A DNA stretch of 64,000 nucleotides. Source: Auanema rhodensis (Eukaryota; Animalia; Nematoda). The translations under genes were made by a program, and so were the position numbers. The notes below the pieces were generated by a model that was not told the origin of the DNA, made no database searches, and was given only the letters and a program-made list of their open reading frames with translations. The stretch lies in the NCBI GenBank assembly GCA_964057225.1, contig OZ059896.1:7192001-7256000 (forward strand). Direction: 5' to 3'. Positions 1 through 15,284 of the stretch are shown here, in pieces; within the stretch, counting starts at the first letter, position 1, and each line of letters starts with the position of its first letter.

Positions 1-573
1 CTTTAGCTTCTATAAATTATATTTTCTGATATGTTATTTGAAAATGAATCGACAAAAATAGTCGTTAAGCTTATTAAGTTTATAAACGTACCAACTCCAT
101 TTGTAACTTGAAGGCGACGATACATACTTGTACAATCTAATTTGATCTGAAATTATAAATATAATTATAAAATAAATTAAAAAACTTGTTTACCTTTGTT
201 CGAATGGTTTTTGTAACTTCAGTACATCCATCAGCAGCTAATATGCTGTAGGTATAAATTCGTTGTCTCCATCCATCAGTATCAATTTCTTCATGCTTCA
301 AATTAATAAATATTATATAAATTAATAATATTCTCATGAAACTCACTTCTTCAACTCCAAGTAGTTGTCCACCTTCCAAATCAACGTTTGGAGCATTATG
401 CCGAAAGTTTTCAAATTGCAATTGAGCTGGCTGTACAAGTGACGACATTACCAGCCGAGATTGCTGACCGTTGTTCGGTTGCAAAAATGTATCAGAAGAT
501 GTAGCACCAAATGAAGATCCTGGTACTCCTCCGCGCGCAAGTTGTTTAACAGCACTGTGCCAAGGAACTGGCG
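1..573 (-). CDS. Partial multi-exon protein-coding gene of unknown function (exons 573-347, 295-194, 146-92, 9-<1); continues off the left edge
   Basis: GT-AG introns with consistent phases (donors GTGAGT, GTAAAC, GTACGT; acceptors TTTTAG, TTGAAG, TTTCAG, TTATAG) join into an open frame: ..PVPWHSAVKQLARGGVPGSSFG...GGQLLGVEE|HEEIDTDGWRQRIYTYSILAADGCTEVTKTIRTK|IKLDCTSMYRRLQVTNGV|EAK. Exons are GC-richer than the introns. Family not recognised. Confidence 0.75.
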
Positions 574-1489
574 CTAAAAAAATGTAAATAAATGGAAATA
601 ATTTATAAAAAATATTAATTACAAAGATAATAATTAATGAATTCTCTGATTTGTTATTAGTTTTTAGAAATTGATGTATAAAGCCTTAGAGAGTCATATG
701 AAAAGCATGAAAAGCTGTGTCAGCACAAAATGGCAGCTACCTTCATCGTTGTCTATGGCCCTGCCCTCCCTTCCCCCCATCCACACCCATCTATGCTTTT
801 TCAGCTTACATCACTCTCTCTATCAAAGACATAACGTTCCATTAAAAACTAATATTAAGTATTTGATTGAATATAAGCAATATATGGGTGATGATGAACT
901 TCAAAATCAGTTAATAAGTTTAAGTCCATCGGTTATATTTGATAGTTTCAAAATTATCTTCATATATGTATGTATAATCTATTATTTTATTTCATTTTTA
1001 TAGTTTATTATATAGTTTAGATTTTTAATATTAAAAAAATTTATATGAAAAGAAACTGATAAAACAATATTATCAAATAGTTATTGTTTTTTGAAACAAA
1101 AATATGAAATTTACGTTCAAAAATGAACAAAATGAATTAGAATTGAAACACAATATGTTTATATTTTAGATCGATGTATTAAGCAAAGTCTAAAGTCTTT
1201 TTATAAGTAAAGTAGAAAGAGAAAAAGGGAAGTCATATGTTCTTAAGAGAGTAAGGGAAGTCGATGAAAAAAAAAAAGAATAAAGAGTAGTATTATTCAT
1301 ATAAAATATATTATTTTCTATATATAACCACATATGTATATGTGAATATATATTTATATATTTCAATGATACTTTGGTCGAAAGTCGAAGTTTAACCAGC
1401 AAGATGGCAAAATGATTAAAATCAGACATGTTGTGTAGGCGACACTAAGTTTGAAGATGTGAGATTTAAGTGACTGAAGAACTACAAGT

Positions 1490-1512
1490 AGAAGAAGAAG
1501 AAGAAGAAGAAG
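1490..1512. repeat. (GAA)n microsatellite
   Basis: Seen directly; similar tracts at ~7899-7917 and ~14975-14994. Confidence 0.85.
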
Positions 1513-2969
1513 CAGAAGCTGGATTAACTAGTTCTGAAGGCATATGTATCCACGAGCATGAAAAAAGGTTGTAATTGACTGATAGATAGAAGAGGTGGAC
1601 TGTGTAGGTGGATAAGATGCTCTAAGTCGTGTTTACAAACGTATTTTTTCCGATGTTAAACTGTTCAAGTTCATCTATTTGAATTTGTGTTATTAATATT
1701 ATATATTTTAGTTAAATAAATAATATTCAAATTAATTATTTATAATAATTATAAATAAATATAAAATAGCAACCATGTTGTTAGAAATGAATAAGTGAAA
1801 ATGAGAAATGAAAATAGCACGTAATCCGCGTGGATTATAGTTCTTTTTACGTTAAATGCTATGAATCATATGTACAAAAAAGGAAGTGTAAGAGTATGTT
1901 TCAGTAGAAAAATAAAAAAATTTGCTGTAAAACATGAAGAAAGATTTTTGTTGAATAGGTTTGTGAAGTTGTGAAGAAAAGAAGAAGAAGAAAGACAAGA
2001 TATAGAAGTTTTGAACGAATCTATTTGAACATATAAATATGAATTGAAGAAACATTCATGTAAACTTAGTTATAAGGAAGTACAGAAGTATAAACTTTAT
2101 TTTTCAAAAAATCACCAGAACGTTCATGAAAAATTGATGGGGAAAAGATGTATTTGGACACATAAGCAGAATAGTAAAAGATGAATAGTAAACAATCAGA
2201 AAGGAGCATATGAAGTTAAAAATTAAGTTATACTTCATCAAAATATAAGTTTAAACTTTGGTTAAGCTTAGAAAGATATGTAAAAATCAATAATAATACT
2301 AATACTATATTTATAAATGTTAACTATATATACTATATAGAATATTATATATAATTTTATCTTATACATCTTATACTAACTTTCAGTAAACTCAAACTGA
2401 TTACAAAAAATATTTTCGATTATGGAAGAGGGAGAGAGAGGGAAGGGGGGGGGGCTGTATAAGAAAGAAAAGGACACTGAATTCAGTTATAGTTTTTTTA
2501 AACGAGGAAATAGAATAGAATCAAGTTTGGAAGTATGAAATTGAAGTTTCTTTGATTTTTTACGAAATGAAATTTACAAAAAGTTGATGAGTATGATGAA
2601 AAACAACAGGATGAATAAATGATTTAATTGTTTTGAATATTCTGTTTTCTTTGGTCGATGGTCAGACTTAATGAAAAAAAAATGAAAGCTATAAAGTATA
2701 TACTATATGGTATTAGTATATTGAAAAGTTTATTTTTTTTTTGAAAAGGCTTGTTATTTGAACGAAAATGCTGAAGAAATGTTGTCTAACATCTTTAAAA
2801 CTAAGTACTTTTCTTTTGCGACTTATTTTTGGTAGAACAAAGCTAATTCGAAACAAACAGAAAATGAAGTAAAAGTGAGAAAGAAGTGATAATATTAAAA
2901 TTTGAAGTGACATAAAATATTTGATATAATATACATTTGAAGTTCTACTAACTAACAAAGATCAGGTAT

Positions 2970-3026
<57 letters not shown>
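2970..3026. repeat. (GA)n microsatellite
   Basis: Seen directly. Confidence 0.95.
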
Positions 3027-3029
<3 letters not shown>

Positions 3030-3609
3030 AAGAGTAAGATGTATAAACGTACATCCATATGTAAATGTCTGTTATATATGGATATATGATATGAGAACAA
3101 TATTTTATTCTTTAGAGTAAAGAATAAAAAAGAACAATAAGTTGTTCTTGATGTTGAATTTGATAGTTATAAGTCATACATGCATAGTTAAAAGCTATGT
3201 ATTTCTAAAGTTAAATATGATTTTTCTTTTTTCAAAGTAGAATTCTAGAAAAAAGTACTAATGTTCAATTCGTTGATGATGACATCGAAAACAGTTTAAT
3301 AAACTTTTTAAAGAATATTTAAATTATTTAAACAACAAATTGAAATAAAATAATAATTAATTTAAGCCAAAAAAAGAATAATTTAGTCACATTTAGATTG
3401 TATTTTTATATTGAAAACAATGAAAATTCATAAAAATATATTGAATATAGATAGAGATGATAATACAGGTCTGAAATTCAGTTGTCGATGATGAATCATC
3501 AGCTAGGTTGGTGGGAGACAGGATGAGAAAAATACAGTTAGAGAACAAAATATTCATAGATTAGAAGGAAAAAAAAGATAAAAAGACATCAAAGAGAATA
3601 AGAAAAGTA

Positions 3610-3654
3610 GATAGAGAAATAGAGAAAGAGAGATAAAGATAGAGAAAGAGAGAT

Positions 3655-3713
<59 letters not shown>
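3610..3713. repeat. (GA)n microsatellite with a degenerate GAGAT lead-in
   Basis: Seen directly. Confidence 0.95.
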
Positions 3714-3716
<3 letters not shown>

Positions 3717-5149
3717 TGATAGTACAGAGTGAACTTGAAAAGCTTATTCAGCTTCAAATAAATAATGAGAATAGTGACTATTTATAGAATGAACATAAGT
3801 ATTATCAACGCAAATGTATATATTCATATTTTTTGAGAGGAAATGAAAGAAAAAGCAAAGATCTTAATTTCAACTCTGAAAAGTTTGAATTGCTAGGATA
3901 ACAACTTGAAGAAAAAATATTTCTTTCTCAACCATCTCATTCATACCATCGTCTTCATTTTCTCTCTTTCTCTTTTTCTCTCTCCCTCTCTCTCTTCCTT
4001 TCTCTGTGTATTTTCTGTCTGCCCTCTTTGAATAAACTTTGCTATTTCAGATAATGTTGATCTTATAGTATAGTTCTATAAAAGGAAAAGAAGATGATTG
4101 CGCATTTTAAAGTTTTCTTGTAAACATTGCCAAGTCAAAAACAGATTTTTTGTCTCTTCTGCAGCATTGGAGCTCAAGGGTTCTATTTAGCACTGATTCA
4201 TTCAGGTTGCTCAACAAAGCAACATTGTCGTCATGCTTGAAATGAAATTGAGTACATAAGATCATTGATTCTTAAGCTTTTATGAAAGTTTTGTTTTAAT
4301 TCAATAGAAGGTCATTCAATAAGGAATATATGTATATTTAGTATAAACATAATTCACAATTCAAATAAAATTTTGAAAAAAAAAAGAATAATTCATATGA
4401 AGAGAAACGGAAAATAAAAAGACAATAATAACGATTATTCTTCCTTTTTCTTTTAAAATAGAAAATATCTAAAAATTATAAAAATTGTTTGAAATAACAA
4501 TGTTTGATGAGAGTTAATCATGGTTTTGGAAAAGAAAAAAAAGCCGACGATAGTAGCTAATTCGATTGACCTCAAAAGAAGTGTAAAAGATGAAACTGTT
4601 AATATTGAAGTTCATCGAATTTAATGAAAGATTCTGTAGAAACAAACAGTAATCCAGAAGGTATTATACGGAAATGATAAAAAAAAAGAAAAATCAATAG
4701 CCTTACCACATTTCATGATGAAAAGCTTTTAGATCAATAATATTAGTATTGATTTAATATAATTAATAAATAGAAAATATAATTATTAGTAAAATAAATG
4801 TAGAAGTAGAACGATATGGAATGGAATGGAAGAAGTTTTGAAATTCATATGACACCTTTTCGTTTTGAAATTAAATTTTTTTTTCATCAAATTCCTTTTC
4901 AAACTTATGAATCAGTTTTTAGTCAAAAAGAAGTGAGAATTTTTGATTTACAACTAGAACGTAGCTATGAATAGATGAATATGAGCAAGTAAAAGAGGTG
5001 TTAGGAATTAACTAGACCAGATTGTTTTCAAAAACTTCAAATGAGATGCTCGTCAACGGGCATTGAGAGGGCTGTATGGTATGAATAACGAAACGGTTGT
5101 TAGTGACAAAAAAAAGTTTTGCAAAATGAGGAAACACGAAAAGAAGAGG

Positions 5150-5265
5150 TTGAAAGAGAGAGAAAAAGAGATTGGGAGAGAAAAGAATATTAAATGGAAA
5201 AAGAGAGAGAGAAAGAGAGATAAATAAAAAGAGAGAGAGAGAGAGAGAGAGAGAAGGGGGGGGAG
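5150..5265. repeat. GA-rich low-complexity tract with a (GA)n core
   Basis: Seen directly. Confidence 0.85.
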
Positions 5266-5669
5266 AAGATGTATATAGAGAGAAATGTGGAAAACGTTAA
5301 ACAAGATTGAATTGTCCAAGGTCTTCTGAATAGGCAGTACAGATTCGTAGTCAGAATTGAGGAGGAAAATTGTTCGTGATACTAACAATGAAACCACAAT
5401 AACAGAATTCAGACGATGAAAAGCGAGAAAAAAAGAAAAAAGGACAGGCAATCTCCATTTCAGATCATATTAAAGCTAGAGAAAGTGAGTGTAAGGACGT
5501 TGTGCGATGTTAACGAGCATTAACAGTACATGTGTGAATAAGATACACATGGGATTTCATACTAGAAATTGCAAAAAAAACGAACGTTTTTACAGAAAAA
5601 AAAATAATCGGATACAATGAAATATTTTGAAATTAAAAAAAAAGGGAAAGAATTCAAAGACAAGTAAAC

Positions 5670-5836
5670 CATTTCGAACAGTGAACTGAGATCGATGTGG
5701 CATCTTCAAAGGTTTATAATCATATGATATCGTTACCAGCTTCTTACAGCTGCTTCCTCTAGGAACCGCACCCTCTTTGGTACATTCCTTTGCTGACTGT
5801 ATGTTTGATGATGTCTTATCGATTTCAATATCATGC
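5670..5836 (-). CDS. Candidate upstream exon of the left-edge gene
   Basis: Acceptor ATTAG at 5837 and donor G|GTTTAC at 5669. Open frame HDIEIDKTSSNIQSAKECTKEGAVPRGSSCKKLVTISYDYKPLKMPHRSQFTVRN ends in phase 1, matching the phase-1 start of exon 573. The linkage is inferred. Confidence 0.45.
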
Positions 5837-8800
5837 CTAATCATAAAAGCAAGAAATATTAAAAGACAAAAGAATTTTTTTTATCAAAAAGAATAAAATA
5901 TATATTCAAATAAGTTATATTTATCAAAAAATAAACTATGGATGAGAGTTTGATGACATATTAAAGGTTAAACAACTTCAAAACTTCAGCTTTATATCGT
6001 TTCGAGCTTGAATTGTGTTTGAAAAACTGCGACCTCATGGTCTCTCAAATGCTCTTTTTCTCTTCTTACTAACATGCTTCTGAGACTTAGGGGCATTCTT
6101 TTCACAGCCTTCATTGAAACGTAAATGCTTAGTCAATCTTTTAGAGCCGGATTAAAAATCGGATTAGTAAAGCAGTAACATGTAGGTAAAAAATGAATAA
6201 AAACAAGGAAGTAAGTATCATTTATAATTCTAAAATAATATAAATTATGTTATAAAGAAATTGAAGAAAAGTAAAAAATTTCTATATTTAATAGAAAAAT
6301 AGATATATTTGAAATGTGTGTACATACATTCATATACATATATGTATACAAACTATATATATGCATACATACATATAGTATATACTATATATATATATAT
6401 AATACAATATATATATATACACATAATATATAAAATAAAATAATTAATATTAATATAATTTTCATACAAACAAATGAGACAAAAAAACAAATAATCAAGA
6501 ATAATCTTCTTCAAAATATTGTTAAAGTCTTTCACTTTTCAAATAATTTAAGAAGTTGACACACGAAAGTATGACATAGCAATGATTTGATGCTGTCAAG
6601 CAAGCAAGCTTTTCTTAGGCAGCCGTCACTAAGCATCTGAGGAGCACAAAGCATATTAAAATAAAAGTTTTTTGTTTTATTTAAAAAGAAAAGATATTGA
6701 GAATTACAAGATAAATAGTTCTTTTTGTCATTTAAATGATCCAATGATTCTTATACAGAACTAAGAAAAATATTCAAAGATTAAAGGAAATATGAGTAAT
6801 ATACTTAATATAAAATGAAAAAATGATAAAGAAATTGAAAGAATATAATTAATTTAATATAATTTTGTTATATTAAATACAAAAATAAAACATTAAACAT
6901 TAAAAAAAATGGCTAATGCCAAAATTTATTTATAAAAATATGAAAAAAAAGAAAAAAACAGATTTTTAGGAAAAAATAAATTAAAAAATAATTGGAAATA
7001 TACAGTATCTAGAATTTCTGTGTAGTAATTTGTTTAAAGAATTATTGAGAGCAGATTGAGACGAACTTTTGGTTTGAGGTGTGATGTTTGAAGATAATGA
7101 AAGTGATAAAGATTGAATTTCATACAATTTCTGTTAGTTTTACAAAAAGTTAAATAAGAATATTCATATTGATAACAGAAGACAGAGAAAGAATATATAA
7201 CAAGAATGTTTAAGATTTTAAAGTTTTTTTTGGTAAAGGCGTCATAGGCAAGGGTTGCTCATTCAGAAAAATGTCATCGGCACATCTGGTCTGGTAGGTT
7301 GAGATGAGCAAATAGAAACAACTTGAAAAAGTACCCTTGTTTACCAGAAGTCAGAGGGACAAATTTCATTTTGAGCAGGTGTCGAGCTTTATTTGTCCTG
7401 TTTAAAACAAAAAATATGAAATAAGTATTAGATTAGATAACATAAGTTAATGATAATAAAGAATTATGAAACGTGTCATTTGAGTGTTTGTCTTGAATTT
7501 GTTTGTTTTATTTTGAATTTAAAAATTACAAATCAGTAAAAACATAAATAAATAATTAAATAAAATAAATAATTATATTATATTTATATATATAGTTTAA
7601 TTATTGAATTGATATACATACATTTTGATTTTTTTAAAAGAAAAGTAGAAAAAGATAAGAAAAGTGAGCAAAAATCAGACAAACACAACTTAGTAGAATC
7701 AACAATATCAGTGATTAAGCCAGAAATTCAAGATAAATTCTTCTTTCTCATATCTTTATTTCTTCATTTATGATTTTTTCAATTAAATCTTTACATTTGT
7801 ATATATGAAATCATTTCTTTACTTAGGATATGATCAAGCACAATGATACACAAACGAACTTCAAGCACCTACAATGATGATTTGAACAAAATTTTTTGAA
7901 GAAGAAGAAGAAGAAGATTCAATTTATGTTTCTTCCGTAAAATAAATATATAACATATACGTGAAGATATAACAAAGATATATTATCTTTTAAATTTTTT
8001 ATTAAGTTGAATTGAAAAATAAAAGAAGAAAAATCATTTTTCTTCTTTAAAATTAAATTGAGATGAATGTTAATATGATTTAACCTGATAGTAGCAACAA
8101 CGGAATACTGTGTCAATGAACGTCATCAATGTTTTACGGCCAATTCTTGTTAATCTATCGGAACGAAAAGCTAGCTATGGCTTAGCAAACAAGGAATTAT
8201 CAATCGTTTTTACAGAAAAAGAATATTTTGAAATCAATTCAAATAGTATGTATGTATATGAATGAATTAGATTGTTTTAGAAACTTTTTGAAAGTTGATT
8301 GAAAATGAAATTTTGAAACTGATGAATGCATTGAGAATAGAAGATATTTTCATTGAAACACAAAAAAAAAACTATTTGAAAACATCGATTTTGTCGTCTG
8401 AATATCTTAAAAAGAAATGAGAAAGAACGTATTAGAAAATAGTTCGCAAAGTTCACAAAGTCATGTCAGTGACTTGAAAGAATTCCGAATACTGGGCCAC
8501 AGGACCTCATTAATTTTTGGGAAAAAAATCAAAAAAATGAAGTGTCAGATTTAACAGATGATTACAAATTTCTATTCTTTAGACAATTTTATGTTTTTTC
8601 AAAAAGTGTTACATGTCAATGAAGAATAAAAATAGGCTAAAAAATGATTTTATAACTAATGAATAACACTTTTTATATGATTTGATATCAATATAATTTG
8701 ATAAAAACATATTAATAAAATGATAATAATAGGGTTAAAAAACTAATTATTACATTAAAAAATATAAAATATATAAATAAAATGTATTTAAGCATATACA

Positions 8801-11800
8801 TTTATATTTATATTTGAAATTTGATTACAAAACTTTTTAAAATTATTTGTCTTTAATAATAATAATAATTATTATTATTTATATATTAAAAACAAAAATT
8901 AAAGTTGGAAATAATGCTTTAAGGATTTATTCAAGTTTTTAAAATGAACTTACGTTTACTATGTAGACGATAGTTAGCCGTTTGATACATTAATATAGAC
9001 TTTTGATCAATGATAGAAGAAAACTTTGAATACTTAGTTAGAAAAAAAATATCTTTTTAACACATAATCTTTCAAGTTTTAAACTTAAAAAAGATTTTTA
9101 TGTTTGTTTGAAGGTGTCAGATACTTTTGAAATTTAATGAACTAACTAACAAAAGGAATGAAGGAATTTGGGGAAGAGTGAATTGCTCAACAGATAGAGG
9201 GCAAGCAACTTAGACAGAGTATGGAAGAGCTGGGGAACGAGGGATATGAAGAAGAATAGAAGATGAGGTTGATAGAGAACACAGACTGACCAACTGTTGC
9301 TGCTTTAATGGAAAGAGTAAATATGCCCTGAGGGGTTATCCAGGTTATTCACTCTCTTTTTCTCTCTTTCTTTCTTTCTTTCTTTCTCTTTCCGTTCAAT
9401 CTCTTAAAGAGATACCAATACTCTGTTGCATATCTGTTGATTGTTGAGAAGGTTAAGTAGGCTGACTAAAAGCATAATTACAACTTGATAATCAAAGCAT
9501 AGATAGGAATATCTCCTTTATTCTCTTATTCTCTCTTTCTCATGTCGTATTTTTACTCCCTCAATTCATTCCTTTGTCTAGTTACTGAGTAATCTAAGAT
9601 AGATTGGAACAGCAGTTACAGCCATACAACATCATCAACAACTTCAATGGAACGGATAGAGATATTCCGAAACAAATAGAGGAAATCCCACAGATAGATA
9701 AAGACGGAACCATCGTCAATGAAGATATGGCGTAGTGTGCTGTAGCTATTACCAGAGAGGATTAGCTGGTAGATCATATCACAGACGAACACAATGATGA
9801 GAGGAAGGTGTAATCAATGTTTTGGGATGAAGAGGAGAGAAAGAGAGAAAGAGTTAGTGGTTCAATGATTTCATTACCAGCATTTGTGGTAAAATAATTG
9901 CGATAAAAGAACAAACATCCAGATCTTTACAAGTTTTCATGACCATATGAACAAGGCATTTAAATCAAATTTAATGGGTTTTTGTGAACATTAGTAGCAA
10001 TACATGACTTATTTTAAATTTATTAACATTGTCCTCGATAACCTTTGATAATAAATAAATAAATGAATCTATTTATATGTTAATATATTTACGTGAAATT
10101 CACGTGAATACAATATTATTCTTTTTATTTTATTTTAAATTTTGAAATGAAGTTGAACGGTTGTTTACTATCAGAATCATTTGTATGATATGGATATACA
10201 TATTACTCATAACTAAAGCAATACTATCTAATAGCATGATGATAATGATAATGATGATGATGAGGAAAAACAACAGCTATATGTTTTACTATTTTCATTA
10301 TACTATACTATACTATATATCTTGATAATATTTTATATTTCAATAACATTTATCTCTACAAAATTATTTCAAAAAACCGTTGATATAACTTTGAAAAAGA
10401 AGTGTCATTTTCATTGTGAACCAGGAAACAGAATAATGACATCTTCTCAAAAGTTATGATATGGCCTACAGAGTGAAGTCATTTTCTTCTTTCCTTTAAA
10501 AACTAAAAGACTTTGATGCATATTCAATGGCAAAAAGACAACCTAGAAGAAGAATAAGCTGTAAAGAATGAGAAGAAAAGAATTTACACATGAATATATA
10601 TATGTATGTATATACATATATTTTGAATATGGATTTGATAATAATATAAGGTTATTGATTTATGTTTCTTTCGTTTTTTCTTAAATTATAGTTATAAACT
10701 AATATTATATAATATTTCTTTATATTGAAAATCAAGACATAGTGAGCTTATTGTGACCAAAGCGATAGAAGACGACTCTTTGGTTCGAAAAAGAAAAATC
10801 GACTGTGTTCACTAAAATGTCAGAAAAAAAAAGAATAATTACATAGTTTGCATAGTTAAGAAGATATGCTTAAGATAAAAAATGAAACATCAGAATAGAA
10901 ATATGTATTTTGGTTTAGTAAATGAATTAAACAGGAAATCAAACGAAGAATTTAAAATTCTGACGCAGTACGAACATACAAAATATTGTTCTTCTGTTAT
11001 TTTTTTTGTTTTAATTATGTAATAGAGAACATTTTAGAAAGAAATATATGAATTGTTCATTCATTTCTATTTCCATGTTTTTAAATATTTTATTTTGAAT
11101 TTTCTCATATTTTTAATTAGAACATTAAAAGACTTAAAAGATTTTTTAAAATTAAATACGTATATTTCTTTTTTGTGTCATCAAATATTTATTTTTTATT
11201 TTTTTCTCAATCAGCAAGCATAATTTAGATTTGAAATAGTTAAAAAACATTTTAAAGACAATGTGTATGACATACACTGCTAAGATGACATGTCGTCCAT
11301 CTACTATTTCTGAAACGAGCCCTCAGGGTATTTCTGATTTCCGGTGGCCAGTGTGCGGACACGATGACTCAGATCTGGCCAAATGTGTGTGTCTGGTCTG
11401 GACGGAAGAATGGAAGAATGAGAAGAAGGGTTAATTGGATTGCATGTTCGAGAAGAATTTTTGTTGAAATTTCAAGTGTCTAGCTTACTTAATGAACTTT
11501 ATCGTTCATTATTCTTATCATTCGAGAGAATTGACGCTTTTTTCTGTGAAAAAAAATTTATTTTTTTGTCTTCAAAATGAGAAGTTGAATAGAATTTTTG
11601 AAATATAACCCGGAAATAGAAAAGAAGAGGAAAATTGTGTTCAAAATCCCAATGACTTCATGATAGAAGATACATGTTGATAAAGAAATTTGAAACTGGA
11701 ACTTTGAAACAGAAAATAAGAAATCTGAGTTGAGTGTTAAAATATACAAAAGTTTTAAAAATTACCAAAACACAAACAATGATTATTAAAACATAGCAAA

Positions 11801-13847
11801 AAATAGCTGTTAAATGGGGATATAAGAAGATATATGTAGAATAAGATTCTTAAAAAATTTGAAAATTGGTATTCAAAGAATAAAAAAATAAAAATAAAAT
11901 TAAAGATATGTCTATAATGAAATTTTTCTAATGGACTCTAGTCTAATGAGCAGAGTAGGGAAGAGTGTGAGTGTATGTGGAAAAGACGAATACATTTTGA
12001 AGAAAAATGTGTATGGAGGGATGTCCATATAATAGAATACAGATTATAACTATATCATCAATTATATATATAAATTTAAAAGAATTTATTAACTATATAT
12101 AGAATAATATATATTATATATATAGTATATCATATAAATATAAATATAAGAAACAAAAAAAGAAGTAGAAATAAGAGAAATATATTGTTTTTTTTTTTCA
12201 AAAATACAAAAGAATTTGTTTTTTAATTTTAAAAACCAAGTAGTTAATCTTATAATCTTTATTTTATTAATAAGATTATTTATACGTTGCAATACACATG
12301 TTTGACAACGTAAATGAATTTTTTTCTTTCGACAAAACTTGTGGGAAGCCACATGTGGTTATTGCAGAAAGGAGGTTAGATCTCACCAACTTGAGCTCAA
12401 AGTTGTAACAACGACATGCTGAACAAAAGTTCAAATGAGAATTTGGCAAGTTTAAAGCAGAAGGTAGATAAAATTACATGTAAATCTTTCTTCTTGAATA
12501 GAAAATAACAAAGAAATAAGAAAAAATGCTGAAATTTTAGATGTTTGAAGTTTTTGTTTTCCTCTATTTTCATGTTTAAAGCATGATAATTTAGAAATTA
12601 TGGATTTTATATTGAATTTATGTCGAAACACAATGAAAATACATGTATCTATATTAGATTTTGTTTTCTTTTCACGAAAAACAAACCGAAAATGCAATAA
12701 TTAAGATGTTTCCGTTCCTTCAATCTGTAAGCTAATTTTTTTATTGAAAACTTTGCAAAAAAAAGCTTTTCAAGTAACAAATTGAAAATAAAAAAATTGA
12801 AACTTTTTTTTGAAAAAAAAAGGAAAAAGGATGAGCTTGGATAGTGTGTGAATGGCCAATTTAAATAACTTTCAAATTTCATGTCATTATGTCTAGCAAA
12901 GTTCAAAGAATGATGCGTATAAGAAATGTCAAGTTGTAAACTTGAAAGTTTAAAATTTTAATAGAATTCGAAACATTTCTACTTTTGAAACTTAAATTTT
13001 TTTCAAAATTAGACAAGTAATGATATGTTTTTTTAATAGAAAAGTAAGAAGATATGGATATTTTCCATTAAATTAACATGATATTCATTCTATTTTTATT
13101 CTTAAAATATTTGCTATTAGTTAATGGAATATATAGTTAAGTTTCATTTAAGTTTGTCATGAGATTCATCTAACATACATGTGATGTTAGATTGAAATTG
13201 AATACAATGAATGATATGTCTGAACTAAAGTAGATGGAAAAATGAACTTTAAATGCACAAATTTACTAAATTATATAGTTTATATAGTTAACTAAAACAA
13301 TATAATAAATATTCTTTAAAATTTGATAAAATTCTTAGATGTAAGTGTTCAATTTAAAATTGTGAAAAGCAATGAAAAGATGACGAAAAGATAAAACCCT
13401 CCTTTCTAGTTAAGGTTTCTTTTAACCATGTAAATTACTATAGTAATCTAGTTTTGATTATAATAAAGAATGTTTTAATTAAAATATATTTTTCTTTTAA
13501 TTTGAAACAAAAAAAAATGAAAAAAACGTTGAAATTAAAGATGTAGGTCGCTCTTCTGTCACAATCATTAATGATTGAAAATGGGAATACACGAGAACTC
13601 ATGAAAGTTCATGTTTTTTCGGAAAAGAAAAGACAGGGAAGATTTTTGAAAAATGAAAATTGTTTTGAATTTCTTTAAGAAAAAAATGCTTTTGAATGCT
13701 TAATAGAAAAAGTAAAAGATATCTATATGAATATAGTTAATATTAATTATTAAAACTTACGTTTTCTAAGTTCCAACATTATCTTTGTGTAAGTATGAAT
13801 GAGTTAGTTGTCAGTTGTTGTTGTTCTATAATACTGTTTCAATAAGT

Positions 13848-13852
<5 letters not shown>

Positions 13853-13880
<28 letters not shown>
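13853..13880. repeat. (TA)n microsatellite
   Basis: Seen directly. Confidence 0.9.
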
Positions 13881-13883
<3 letters not shown>

Positions 13884-14655
13884 GTTAATATAGAATTGAT
13901 TGAAACAAATTCGGCACACGTAAGGATTTTCTCTAAAAATGTGATGAATTGACGAAAAAGTTGTTAGAGTATGAGAAAAGGCAAACAAAGTTTAGCAAAC
14001 ATAGTAATACAACCAATATTTCGTTTTATATCTTTTATCATTTATATACATATATATATATATAAGTTTGATATTTATGTTATAAATATATTAAATTGTT
14101 AAAAAAAGGTTATATCAATTCATATATTTATATTCCAATAACTTTCTAATAAAAAAATTTTTATTTATATAAAATCTTTTTTTTTTCATATAAAAACTGG
14201 TACAGTTTGACGCGCAATAAGCTTGAATGTCTACAAAGTTTAAGAATTCAACCACAAATGTATTGAATTTCAAGAAAAATTTATTATTTTTGAACTATTC
14301 AAACAGTTATTATATTAATATATTTTTTTTTAAATATAATAATTAATTGAAAAATATTAGTGAAACTCATTCAATATGTATATATACAATATTCTTATTA
14401 TAACTATATGCATATAGTTGTTAGAGTTAACTTTTTTTAAAATTTATAAAAGAGAATTCTATATATAGTTTAGAATGAAATAGAAAATGAAAGAAGAGAG
14501 ATGGTAAAATCCATTTACTTCTTCACATAACGAAGTTGTGGCATGTCTCCATGCTTAAAACACCAAGAAACCACTACGTCTTTCCTGAAGATTACGACAC
14601 AGATTATAAGATTTATGTAGTTGAAGACTTTTTTTTTCTCCTCACTCACCTCCTT

Positions 14656-14755
<100 letters not shown>

Positions 14756-15284
14756 TCAATGATCTAGTTTACTTGGTATAGTAAAATCTATAGAGAGAAA
14801 CATATAAGATCGTATACAAATCGTTTCATTAACATCACCTAAAACATTACAAGCGGTTGCATTCAATGGTTAAGGATCATATTCTCCAGTTAACTTTCGT
14901 TTACGACATTTTCCACTTTCTACCATCATTCACGTTAATTCCATTCTATTTATAACGTAAAAAAGAAATAATTAAGAAGAAGAAGAAGAAGAAGATATAG
15001 ACGAGAATTAATTTTTTTTCTTTTAGGAAATAAACATTCCAATGTACAAATGATAAGAAGAAACATTTATAATTTACTTTTAACTATACATATAATTTAT
15101 TTTAATAAGAATATTCATTTTAAAGTTGATGAATATATAACAAATCTTAGATAATATCTATTTTTATTGTGTAATGTATTTCTTTTATAAAAAATGTTTT
15201 TGTATTTCGTATATTTTAGAAATAGAAATAATACAAAAGACTTTATTCGATTGTTCCAGAGTTAATAATATCGATTTGGAATAT

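Noticed and set aside
9598-9735. Protein-looking + frame (DRLEQQLQPYNIINNFNGTDRDIPKQ..)
   Set aside because: No start codon or convincing splice partners; cannot be supported.
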